From NCBI GenBank assembly GCA_963977445.1, contig CAXBPH010000188.1, positions 1-14,061 on the forward strand: a stretch of 14,061 nucleotides of DNA, written 5' to 3'. The notes under the pieces are model-generated. The model ran no database searches, was not told where the DNA came from, and saw nothing but the letters and a program-made list of their open reading frames with translations. Shown here in pieces: positions 6,960 through 14,013 of this stretch; position 1 is the first letter of the stretch; each line of letters starts with the position of its first letter. This DNA comes from an uncultured bacterium. Lineage in GTDB: Bacteria > Hydrogenedentota > Hydrogenedentia > Hydrogenedentales > JAEUWI01. The translations under genes were made by a program, and so were the position numbers.

Positions 6960-7189
6960 TGGACCGCCCCCCGGACGATTCGACTATCCCGTGGTATGGA
7001 CTTCCCTTCGTGGGCCTCTGGCGCCTGGCCTCCGCCGTTGAGCGCCGGATTGGTATCGTCCGGTCCCTCTTGAGCGGCCTTGCCCTTATGCTCTTGGGCG
7101 TTGTCTTCTGCATGACCTTCGTGGGTATCCTGATTGGTATTCCCACCGGACTATTCGGCCTCGCACTGGTGCTTCGCGCACTAATCTGA
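6959..7189 (+). CDS. Small membrane protein (76 aa, hydrophobic hairpin)
   Basis: Amphipathic PWYGLPFVGLWRLASAV, then two hydrophobic stretches: LLSGLALMLLGVVFCMTFVG and ILIGIPTGLFGLALVL. Coupled to the upstream ORF and the last gene before a terminator-like hairpin. Confidence 0.7.
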   Translation: MDRPPDDSTIPWYGLPFVGLWRLASAVERRIGIVRSLLSGLALMLLGVVFCMTFVGILIGIPTGLFGLALVLRALI

Positions 7190-7233
7190 CCTGCTTTTCG
7201 ACAGGGTGGCCCCGGCCGCTCTGTCTCCTTCCG

Positions 7234-7274
7234 AATCCGCGTCGTCTTCGCCTGGACGGCGCGGATTATTCTTT
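7234..7274 (+). terminator. Probable intrinsic terminator of the psp operon
   Basis: AATCCGCGTCGTC-TTCGCCTG-GACGGCGCGGATT forms a 13-bp stem with one G-U pair, followed by ATTCTTT. Confidence 0.6.
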
Positions 7275-7371
7275 GGTTCATGACTCAGAGGGGGGCGTAT
7301 CTCTGAACCCATAGGACAACGCTCCATCCGCACCGCCCAATCACCTGTCTTTCGGGTTGACTAATTTACTA

Positions 7372-7400
7372 TTGATTGTTTTACAGTTTTATGGCACGAT
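7372..7400 (+). promoter_or_regulatory. Putative sigma-70 promoter for 7421-8536
   Basis: TTGATT, 17-bp spacer, CACGAT with an extended -10 TG, inside an AT-rich tract. RBS AAGGAG follows. Confidence 0.4.
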
Positions 7401-7420
7401 AAATAAAAAGGAGCTGCGGC

Positions 7421-8536
7421 ATGTTTAAATCGATGGCATTTCTGGGCAAGGGCGCATTGGCCGTGACTACGGTCGCTGTGGGGCTGGGCGCGGGCACCCA
7501 AGTAAACGATTGGGCCCAAACACGGACGGCCGGCGCCTATTCCACCTCACAGACCGCACCGGCGGGCGATGGGCCCGTGGCCGCCCTGGACGATCCCGCG
7601 ACGGCGGATTCCCTCTTTCACTACAACTTCATTCCCGGCCAACGCCTGGATTACGGGCTGGACGCCACCATAGCAGGCACCGGAGCGGAATCCATGGTAG
7701 GGCCTGGCAACGTCGCGATGCGGTTCTGGAGCGATCTCTATGTCCAGACTGAGGGCGTGGATGTGGGCGGCAATGGCAACCTGTCTATCGGCTTCGACCG
7801 GGTAGAGATGAACGGCAGCTTTATGGACGGCCCCGTGAATCTGGTGCACTCCGTGGCCGGCACAGAATTCAGCCACGGAAACGATGCCATCAGCACGGCC
7901 CAGGGCGATTCCATTGCCGGCATACCCCAATTGCAGTTCTTCAATAAACCGACGAAAGTGCGGGTTTCCCCCGCCGGTGAAGTGTTGAGCGTTTCGGGAG
8001 CCCCAGGCATGGAAAAAATGCTGGCCCCCGAGCAAATCCTCACCAGCGTTCAATTTCCTTCGGGCGATCTCGACGCCGGGGCCCAGTGGGAATCGGACTT
8101 CGCCATGCCCATCCCCGGATTCGGCACCCCCGTCGGCTCGAAGACACTCAACGTCCTGGAGGGCTTTGAGCTCTTTCGGGGACGGTATTGTGGCGTCGTG
8201 CGCCAGACCATCATCTCCGAGCAGCAGGAAGGCACCGTGAACTCACCGGAAAGCGCCCTGGGTGAGGAAATGAACTTCAGCCTGCCCGAATTCAAGCTCT
8301 CCGGGGAAAATCTCATCTATTTCGATGTGGACAACGGCCAACTGGTCGAAGCCGACATGAATTTGCGGGTCACCATGCGCATTGGCCAGCAGTTGAAGCC
8401 CATGATGGATGCGCTGAATGTCTACGGAAAATTATTGAACGACATGGACGGGACGAAATCGGAGGACGGAGAAAGCGAATCCCTCCTGGATATGGGCCTC
8501 AATATTGACGCCACGCTGGTCCTCCTGACCGATTAA
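7421..8536 (+). CDS. Secreted or membrane-anchored hypothetical beta-rich protein (DUF6263-like pattern)
   Basis: 371-aa ORF with host-like codon usage and RBS AAGGAG. N-terminal signal-like segment. Motifs YNFIPGQRLDY, VRVSPAGEVLSVSG, FPSGDLDAGAQW and IYFDVDNGQL resemble DUF6263 from memory; the family is unverified. Confidence 0.7.
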   Translation: MFKSMAFLGKGALAVTTVAVGLGAGTQVNDWAQTRTAGAYSTSQTAPAGDGPVAALDDPATADSLFHYNFIPGQRLDYGLDATIAGTGAESMVGPGNVAMRFWSDLYVQTEGVDVGGNGNLSIGFDRVEMNGSFMDGPVNLVHSVAGTEFSHGNDAISTAQGDSIAGIPQLQFFNKPTKVRVSPAGEVLSVSGAPGMEKMLAPEQILTSVQFPSGDLDAGAQWESDFAMPIPGFGTPVGSKTLNVLEGFELFRGRYCGVVRQTIISEQQEGTVNSPESALGEEMNFSLPEFKLSGENLIYFDVDNGQLVEADMNLRVTMRIGQQLKPMMDALNVYGKLLNDMDGTKSEDGESESLLDMGLNIDATLVLLTD

Positions 8537-8580
8537 TAACCGGGCCCCTTTCCCGGTCTCACGCCACAACCGTGGATTTG

Positions 8581-8610
8581 TTGACACAAATCTCCGCAAT
8601 AAGCTACAAT
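8581..8610 (+). promoter_or_regulatory. Sigma-70 promoter of the tRNA pair
   Basis: TTGACA (8581-8586), 18-bp spacer, TACAAT (8605-8610), about 20 bp upstream of tRNA-Gln. Confidence 0.85.
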
Positions 8611-8629
8611 CTCTGCCTACTACCTCTGC

Positions 8630-8705
8630 AGCCGTATAGCCAAATTGGTAAGGCACCAGATTCTGATTCTGGGTATTCTAGGTTCAAGTCCTAGTACGGC
8701 TGCCA
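8630..8705 (+). tRNA. tRNA-Gln (anticodon CTG)
   Basis: Acceptor stem AGCCGTA/TACGGCT, discriminator G, encoded CCA. Anticodon arm CCAGA-TTCTGAT-TCTGG (CTG at 8663-8665). T arm CTAGG-TTCAAGT-CCTAG. Confidence 0.97.
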
Positions 8706-8749
8706 TTTTTCTACATTCACGGCAAGTTAAGCCGTTTGCCACTTTCGGT

Positions 8750-8824
8750 GGCCCGTTCATCTAGGGGTTAGGATGCGGGATTCTCAGTCCCGTCACAGGG
8801 GTTCAAATCCCCTACGGGCTACCA
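8750..8824 (+). tRNA. tRNA-Glu (anticodon CTC)
   Basis: Acceptor stem GGCCCGT/ACGGGCT followed by ACCA. Anticodon arm CGGGA-TTCTCAG-TCCCG (CTC at 8783-8785). T arm AGGGG-TTCAAAT-CCCCT. Confidence 0.97.
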
Positions 8825-8873
8825 TTTTTCTTTTTACCCCCGTAAATAAAGGCGATTGTGCGATTTCGGCTTA

Positions 8874-8998
8874 GGGTGTCGCACAGAATATAGGGCAAAA
8901 GGGGCTATATTCGAGGGGTGTCGCACGGGTGTCGCAGGATTTCGAGGGGTGTCGCACGGCAAAAAAGGGTATCAATCGAAGGGGTGTGGCAGGATTTC
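8874..8998 (+). repeat. Cluster of five direct GGGTGT(C/G)GCA repeats; probable integrase arm-type sites of an att junction at tRNA-Glu
   Basis: GGGTGTCGCA at 8874, 8916, 8927 and 8947, and GGGTGTGGCA at 8982. The 19-mer TTCGAGGGGTGTCGCACGG is identical at 8910-8928 and 8941-8959. The cluster begins 50 bp after the tRNA 3' end. Confidence 0.75.
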
Positions 8999-9029
8999 AA
9001 TATTGTGTCCAATAGTATAGGATAGAGAT

Positions 9030-9395
9030 ATGCAAAATGATCCCCTATACGACTCTTTTCTCTCTGCGCTAAATGCGGGAATAAAGCAAGTAGCAATAGC
9101 CGACGCGACCGGAATACCCATTGCCAGTATTAGGCAGTTCAAGAAGAATTGTTCACTCGGAAGGGCTCACAGAATCGCTCTTGAGAAGTGGCTTGGCACA
9201 TCGAAATTCACGCAGCAAGATGGACGAGCTACGCCCGACGTGCTGGTGGAGGTCAAAAAGAAGCTGGAGGCGTGTCTATCCGCTCTCGGCAATCCTAACC
9301 ATGGGCGGGAACGAAAGGCGCGGATCGTCCTTTGTGAAATCGAGGTCTTGCACCGTGAATACGTGCCGGAACTCTACGAAATGGGAAAACTCTGA
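9030..9395 (+). CDS. Hypothetical protein with a probable N-terminal Cro/XRE-like helix-turn-helix
   Basis: 121-aa ORF. GIKQVAIADATGIPIASIRQF fits an HTH pattern. AT-richer, atypical codons compared with flanking genes. Confidence 0.55.
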   Translation: MQNDPLYDSFLSALNAGIKQVAIADATGIPIASIRQFKKNCSLGRAHRIALEKWLGTSKFTQQDGRATPDVLVEVKKKLEACLSALGNPNHGRERKARIVLCEIEVLHREYVPELYEMGKL

Positions 9396-9717
9396 CTTGA
9401 TATGCCCCTTTTAACCCTGCGAATCACAGGTACCCCAAAGGCGGTCGCAGACTCAAAAGGCTTGTCAATGTAACTGTAGCTCCATTCAGTGTCAAAAGGT
9501 TTTTTTATCGTAAACTGGGAGGCAAAACATGCAATTTGTGTGCCCAAGCTTCGCACACAAATTGGGGATGTACCGCCGCAACAGCCACCCCGAACACGGG
9601 CAATTCACGGTAAGTCAGCAGGCACACGTCGATGCGACGACAACCACCCGGGGCGGAGGCATGTCCCCGCTCGGCAACGTCAACTACGTGAGACCCAGTC
9701 ATCAGCGTAAGCCCACA

Positions 9718-9870
9718 GGGACGGGCCCGCTCCCAACGGTGAACCCGCCACGCAAGATCCCTCTGGATGGCACGATAGACACCGACGCTACGCTACGACA
9801 CGTTTGCGCGGGGCCGTCCCAGACGCCCCCCCTACCCGGCGACTCGCTTGCGCGGGGCCGTCCCGATGCC
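9718..9870. repeat. Degenerate REP-like repeats: two direct copies and one inverted copy
   Basis: TTGCGCGGGGCCGTCCC at 9804-9820 and 9848-9864. Inverted GGGACGGGCCCGC at 9718-9730 is complementary at 12 of 13 positions. Confidence 0.6.
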
Positions 9871-9887
9871 GTCAATCAACATCTCTC

Positions 9888-9916
9888 TTGCATCCATCTG
9901 TCCGGTGAAGTATGGT
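9888..9916 (+). promoter_or_regulatory. Putative sigma-70 promoter of the glycosylation module
   Basis: TTGCAT, 17-bp spacer, TATGGT, about 50 bp upstream of ATG 9965. Confidence 0.35.
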
Positions 9917-9964
9917 TTAGCCACAGCATTCCTACGAGTAACCACGGCGGTATAGAGACGGAAT

Positions 9965-10744
9965 ATGGCAGCACCTTCAACTCCCAGACCACGCGAACCA
10001 CGACAAATATTTATTGTGCTCCCCACCTACAATGAGGAAGGGGGCCTGGGACGCTTGCTGGATCGCATTGACGAAGCCATGTTTGACGCCGACCAGCGCT
10101 ATGAAGTCATCGTGGTGGACGATGGCAGCACGGACAATACCCATGCCATCGCTGAGGAATATGCAGAAAAATACCCCATTTCTCTGGAGCATCACGCCAA
10201 GAACCAGGGACTCGGCGCAACCATCCGGGATGGCATTATCGCCGCAGCGAAGAAAGCGGGTGAGCGGGACATCATCGTCACCATGGATGCGGACGATACC
10301 CACACACCGGGGCTGATTCTGCGCATGGTGCGCATGATTCAAGAGGGCCATGATGTGGTCATCGCGTCGCGCTACCAACCCGGCGCCCAGGTCCGGGGCC
10401 TCTCGGTACCACGACGATGCATCAGTTACATGGCCTCTATCGTGTTTCGTCTGCTCTTACCCATTCCGGGTGTAAAAGATTTCACCTGCGGCTTTCGGGC
10501 CTATCGGGGCAGCGTCATTAAGGGAGCGCTCGATGCCTATGGCGACCACTTTGTCGACCAGGAAGGCTTCCAGTGCATGGTCGATATACTCCTGAAACTC
10601 CGCCACATGAATCTCCTCTTTGGCGAGGTGCCCCTCGTGCTCCGATATGACTACAAAGAGGGTAGCAGCAAGATGAATGTGGGTAAGACCATCCGCAACA
10701 CCCTGCTGTTGATTGCCCGTCGCCGCTTTCTGGGACAACGCTGA
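9965..10744 (+). CDS. Glycosyltransferase family 2, polyprenol-phosphate glycosyltransferase (DPM1/Ppm1-like)
   Basis: Motifs IVLPTYNE, VVDDGSTDNT, NQGLG, MDADDTH (DxD), DVVIASRY, DFTCGFRAYR and GSSKM. Confidence 0.92.
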   Translation: MAAPSTPRPREPRQIFIVLPTYNEEGGLGRLLDRIDEAMFDADQRYEVIVVDDGSTDNTHAIAEEYAEKYPISLEHHAKNQGLGATIRDGIIAAAKKAGERDIIVTMDADDTHTPGLILRMVRMIQEGHDVVIASRYQPGAQVRGLSVPRRCISYMASIVFRLLLPIPGVKDFTCGFRAYRGSVIKGALDAYGDHFVDQEGFQCMVDILLKLRHMNLLFGEVPLVLRYDYKEGSSKMNVGKTIRNTLLLIARRRFLGQR

Positions 10745-11448
10745 TGGCAACGACGGAACCGACAGAAAACATCTGGGACACGGGGCGTTGGGCCGGGGTG
10801 GATCGGGTCGATATGGATTTCATGACTCGCTATATCATCGAGCACTTGACCCGGCGTGTCGCCCTGAAGGGAAAGCGCTTGCTGGAGCTCGGCTCCGGGA
10901 CGGGGCGCTTGAGCTATCTCTTGCTCCAGGCGGGCGCGGCGTCGGTGACGATGGTGGACAATTCCCGAAAGGCCCTGGAGCTTTCCACGGCACTCTTCGA
11001 TGAAGTCCCTTCGGACCGTTATGAAATTGTCGATGCCGATGTTTTTGACGTTGCCGTCGATGGCCCCTTCGATATGGTGTTTTCATCGGGCCTTATAGAG
11101 CATTTTGACGGCACACCCCGCCAGCAGATCATTGATGTCCACCTCCAGCACGCCCGTGAGGATGTGTTGATACTCCACCCTTCCAACCGCCTCTATAATC
11201 GCGTCTTTGATGTGACGCCCATGGCCAAAAAACGCTATGGCTTTGCACGCACCTTTTCGGAGGCGGAGTTGGATGGGCGCATCCGGGCGACACGGCCCGA
11301 TGCCAACGTTTCTCATGAGCGCTTCCACCTGGCCTATACGGTGCCCCTCTTCCACAATCTCGCATTCTTGAACCGCGCGGTGACGGATAGTGCTATCGAG
11401 CGCGCCTGGGGTGGCCTCTGCTTGACCCATGTGCGCCTGGATGGGTGA
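10744..11448 (+). CDS. Class I SAM-dependent methyltransferase
   Basis: Motif I LLELGSGTGRLS, then VTMVDNS, VDADVF and FDMVFSSGLIEHF. TGATG overlap with the GT2 stop. Confidence 0.9.
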   Translation: MATTEPTENIWDTGRWAGVDRVDMDFMTRYIIEHLTRRVALKGKRLLELGSGTGRLSYLLLQAGAASVTMVDNSRKALELSTALFDEVPSDRYEIVDADVFDVAVDGPFDMVFSSGLIEHFDGTPRQQIIDVHLQHAREDVLILHPSNRLYNRVFDVTPMAKKRYGFARTFSEAELDGRIRATRPDANVSHERFHLAYTVPLFHNLAFLNRAVTDSAIERAWGGLCLTHVRLDG

Positions 11449-11487
11449 AGGGCTCACACTACCCTTCGTTGGCATGGTATCGACCTC

Positions 11488-13623
11488 ATGGCGCGCCGTA
11501 GCGACGCGAATTACGACGGATGCCCCATCGTGACCCAAATCGTCGACAACACACCCAACCCCTTTCGTCCGCCGCGGTGGGCGTGGGCCCTCATCATTTC
11601 TCTGGCCCTCATTGACCCCCTTTCTCACGGGGTCATCATGCTGTTTCCGCCGGAAGGCACCGTGCCCACCCAGGGCCATGTGGTGGACACCTTCAATTAC
11701 CTCACGGCCATGAAGTATGCCCATCCGCCGTGGTATTCCCCCTACAATCTCTGCGACAGCCCCTATGCCGCGGGCGACCCGACGCTCTATGCCATTCCCC
11801 ACCATCATCTCTTCGGTGCCATTGGCACGGTGGGCAACTGGCTCCGCATGCCGCCCTTTTACATGATGGCCCTGGCCAATGGACTCGGACTTTTCTTTTA
11901 TCTTTTTGCGGCCTACACCTTCCTTGTTTCGTCCGTGCCCCGCCTCGCACACCGGGCCTTTCTACTCTTTTGCCTGGGAGGTGGTCTCGGCGGCATCCTC
12001 TATCTCCTCACGTGGCCCTTCGGCGTACACACCCATCCCCAGTTCGGCGAATATTTCCTCCGTTACTTTATCTATGAACTCAGCGAAGGCCCCCGCTTCC
12101 AGCCCTGGCTCATGGCCGCACGACTCTATTACACCCTGGCCTTCGGTTTTGGCTTCCTGGCATTGACGACTTTGTGGCATGCCATGGCACGGGATCGAAA
12201 GGCCCTCCTGGCTCTGGCCGCCTTTTTGTTTGCCTGCACCGCCCTCGCCAACTTCCGGGTGGGCCCCATGCTTTGGGGGGCCGCCGTGATAATCCTGTTT
12301 TGCCGCGCTGAATGGTCGTGGACACGACGTATCGCCTGGGCGGCGAGCCTTCTTGTTGGTGTTGCCCTCGGCGGCGGCATTGCCGTCGCCATGGTGGCCC
12401 GCAACCCCGAACTACTGGAAACCGTCGCCCGGAGTGCCCGCCTCGCCCTGTGGTTCTCCCCCATCGTGAGCGCCACCTTCTTCTACTGGCTTCTCATTCC
12501 CGGCACGGTGCTTCGCACCATTAACCGTGCCCCCCAGTGGCTCCGCTACGCCGGTTGGGGTGCCACGGGCTACATCGCGGCCTTTGCCGTCCTCTATTGC
12601 CTCTACCAGGCCTACTACGGCAACTTCCTGCGCACCGGTGAATTCCATGTGGCTGTGAAAATGTCCGACTACGCCCTGCTGCTCGGGGTGCCTGTCGCAT
12701 TCGCCATCGCCTGGTGGAAAGGCCCCGCCCACGAGTTTGGCCACGACGGCTACCACCCGCCCGGACCGCTTGGGGAGCGTCTGCGATTCAGCGAGGACAC
12801 CTTCCCGCCTGCGAAAGCAATCGAACCATTGGGAGCGCAGGTCGAAGACGCGCGGTGGCGGGCGGCCCGCCTGCAAGGTAGCAGCAGTTGGCCCGAACCA
12901 GTCCAGGCAGCGGATGGTAGCGCAATGTCGACATACTCCACCGCCCCACCCTGGGCGGCCCTGTGGCTGCTCGCCTTCTTCGCCCTTTCCTTCTCCGCCT
13001 GGGGCCAGGGCTGGTTCCTCAAATATACCCCCGACCGCTTCATCATCGTCATCGGCGTCCCCCTTGCCATACTCGGTGCGGCGGCCATTGAGCGGGGCCT
13101 CCTCCGACAACCACGTCTCTATCGCGCCCTGCAACGCACCATCATCCTGTGTGGTGTCGTGTCTATCCTCGTCACCTGGCTCGTGAGCTATGGTCCCCTC
13201 GGCTACCACACCCTCCAACAACACTACAGCTGGACGCGCAATGCCTTTATGAACCAGGCCGATGCCGACACCCTGGCCCACCTCAAAGACGGCGTGGTGC
13301 TCGCCCCCTCACTGGGCGCACCCCTCATGGGCGACCTGGCCGTCATGCAGGGCAACGCGACCGTCCACGGAATTGGCAGCGTGGACTACCCCCGCCACGT
13401 GGCCAACGACGTGCGCGCTCAGGTAGCCGATTTCTACCGCCCCGAGACGCCCAATGCAATCAGGCGTGAGATGGTGGAGAAATGGTGTGTCCGCTACGTC
13501 TACTGTCCCGACACCGATCCGGTAGCCCCGGAGACGGTAGCGCAACTGCGGGCAAGTGGATGGCTGCGAGAAGTTGCCGCGAACGAAAAGGCCGTCTTGT
13601 TTGAGGTCAACAATCCAGAGTAG
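11488..13623 (+). CDS. Polytopic integral membrane protein, probable GT-C-fold glycosyltransferase
   Basis: More than 10 hydrophobic segments. The first external loop contains DTFNYL. A soluble C-terminal domain has VVLAP...GNATVHG...EMVEKWCVRYVY, and the gene is next to a polyprenol-phosphate GT2. Start uncertain (GTG 11530 is an alternative). Confidence 0.7.
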   Translation: MARRSDANYDGCPIVTQIVDNTPNPFRPPRWAWALIISLALIDPLSHGVIMLFPPEGTVPTQGHVVDTFNYLTAMKYAHPPWYSPYNLCDSPYAAGDPTLYAIPHHHLFGAIGTVGNWLRMPPFYMMALANGLGLFFYLFAAYTFLVSSVPRLAHRAFLLFCLGGGLGGILYLLTWPFGVHTHPQFGEYFLRYFIYELSEGPRFQPWLMAARLYYTLAFGFGFLALTTLWHAMARDRKALLALAAFLFACTALANFRVGPMLWGAAVIILFCRAEWSWTRRIAWAASLLVGVALGGGIAVAMVARNPELLETVARSARLALWFSPIVSATFFYWLLIPGTVLRTINRAPQWLRYAGWGATGYIAAFAVLYCLYQAYYGNFLRTGEFHVAVKMSDYALLLGVPVAFAIAWWKGPAHEFGHDGYHPPGPLGERLRFSEDTFPPAKAIEPLGAQVEDARWRAARLQGSSSWPEPVQAADGSAMSTYSTAPPWAALWLLAFFALSFSAWGQGWFLKYTPDRFIIVIGVPLAILGAAAIERGLLRQPRLYRALQRTIILCGVVSILVTWLVSYGPLGYHTLQQHYSWTRNAFMNQADADTLAHLKDGVVLAPSLGAPLMGDLAVMQGNATVHGIGSVDYPRHVANDVRAQVADFYRPETPNAIRREMVEKWCVRYVYCPDTDPVAPETVAQLRASGWLREVAANEKAVLFEVNNPE
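12749..12921. repeat. Palindromic element embedded in frame in the membrane protein gene
   Basis: GCTACCACCCGCCCGGAC (12749-12766) pairs with GTCCAGGCAGCGGATGGTAGC (12901-12921). An inner pair is GCGTCTGCGATT (12777-12788) with GGTCGAAGACGC (12840-12851). Confidence 0.55.
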
Positions 13624-13830
13624 GGTGACCAGGAGAGTGCCCCCTTTGTACTACTATCCGGCGTTTTCTTGTTTTTTAGACAAGAAAACATTTCGCAAGA
13701 GTTTGTAACACAATGTCATTCTAAAGGTTACAGTCACGGATCAAGGCTGGAGAAACTTTCCAATTTTGACCACGGATGAGACAATGCAAAATAGAAAGCA
13801 AGATAGCCCAAGCGAAACGCCGAAAAACAA

Positions 13831-14013
13831 AGGGGGTTGACCATTCCTGGTCGACACAAAAGGCACGGTGATTTTCGTGCCCCCCTCTGTCCATGGCGAA
13901 AGGGCGGGAAGTGCCAAAGAATGGTGGTCAGAACTTAACATCACATGAATAACATCACGTGCCCCGTGGAACCTGACGTGAGCCTGATGTCGACCAGGAA
14001 TGGTCAACCCCCT
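13831..14013. mobile_element. REPIN/MITE-like element with perfect 26-bp terminal inverted repeats
   Basis: AGGGGGTTGACCATTCCTGGTCGACA (13831-13856) is the exact reverse complement of 13988-14013. Each arm is itself a hairpin (GTTGACCA-TTCC-TGGTCGAC). The spacer is 131 bp and there is no transposase. Confidence 0.75.

Noticed and set aside
7392..7407. TGGCACG as a second sigma-54 promoter (also near 9768)
   Set aside because: The -24 box is present but there is no TTGC/-12 element at the required spacing.
8874..8998. CRISPR array or replication iterons
   Set aside because: Repeats are only 10-19 bp with irregular spacing (42, 11, 20, 35 bp), and there is no cas or rep gene in the window.
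9560..9960. c-di-GMP or other known riboswitch
   Set aside because: I could not find the conserved cores by eye. An Rfam scan would be needed.
9529..10035. 168-aa plus-strand ORF
   Set aside because: Low-complexity Pro/Thr/Arg translation across repeats, overlapping the GT2 start, with no RBS or motif.
11083..13281. 289-aa minus-strand ORFs (11083-11952, 12412-13281)
   Set aside because: Antisense shadows of the methyltransferase and membrane protein genes.
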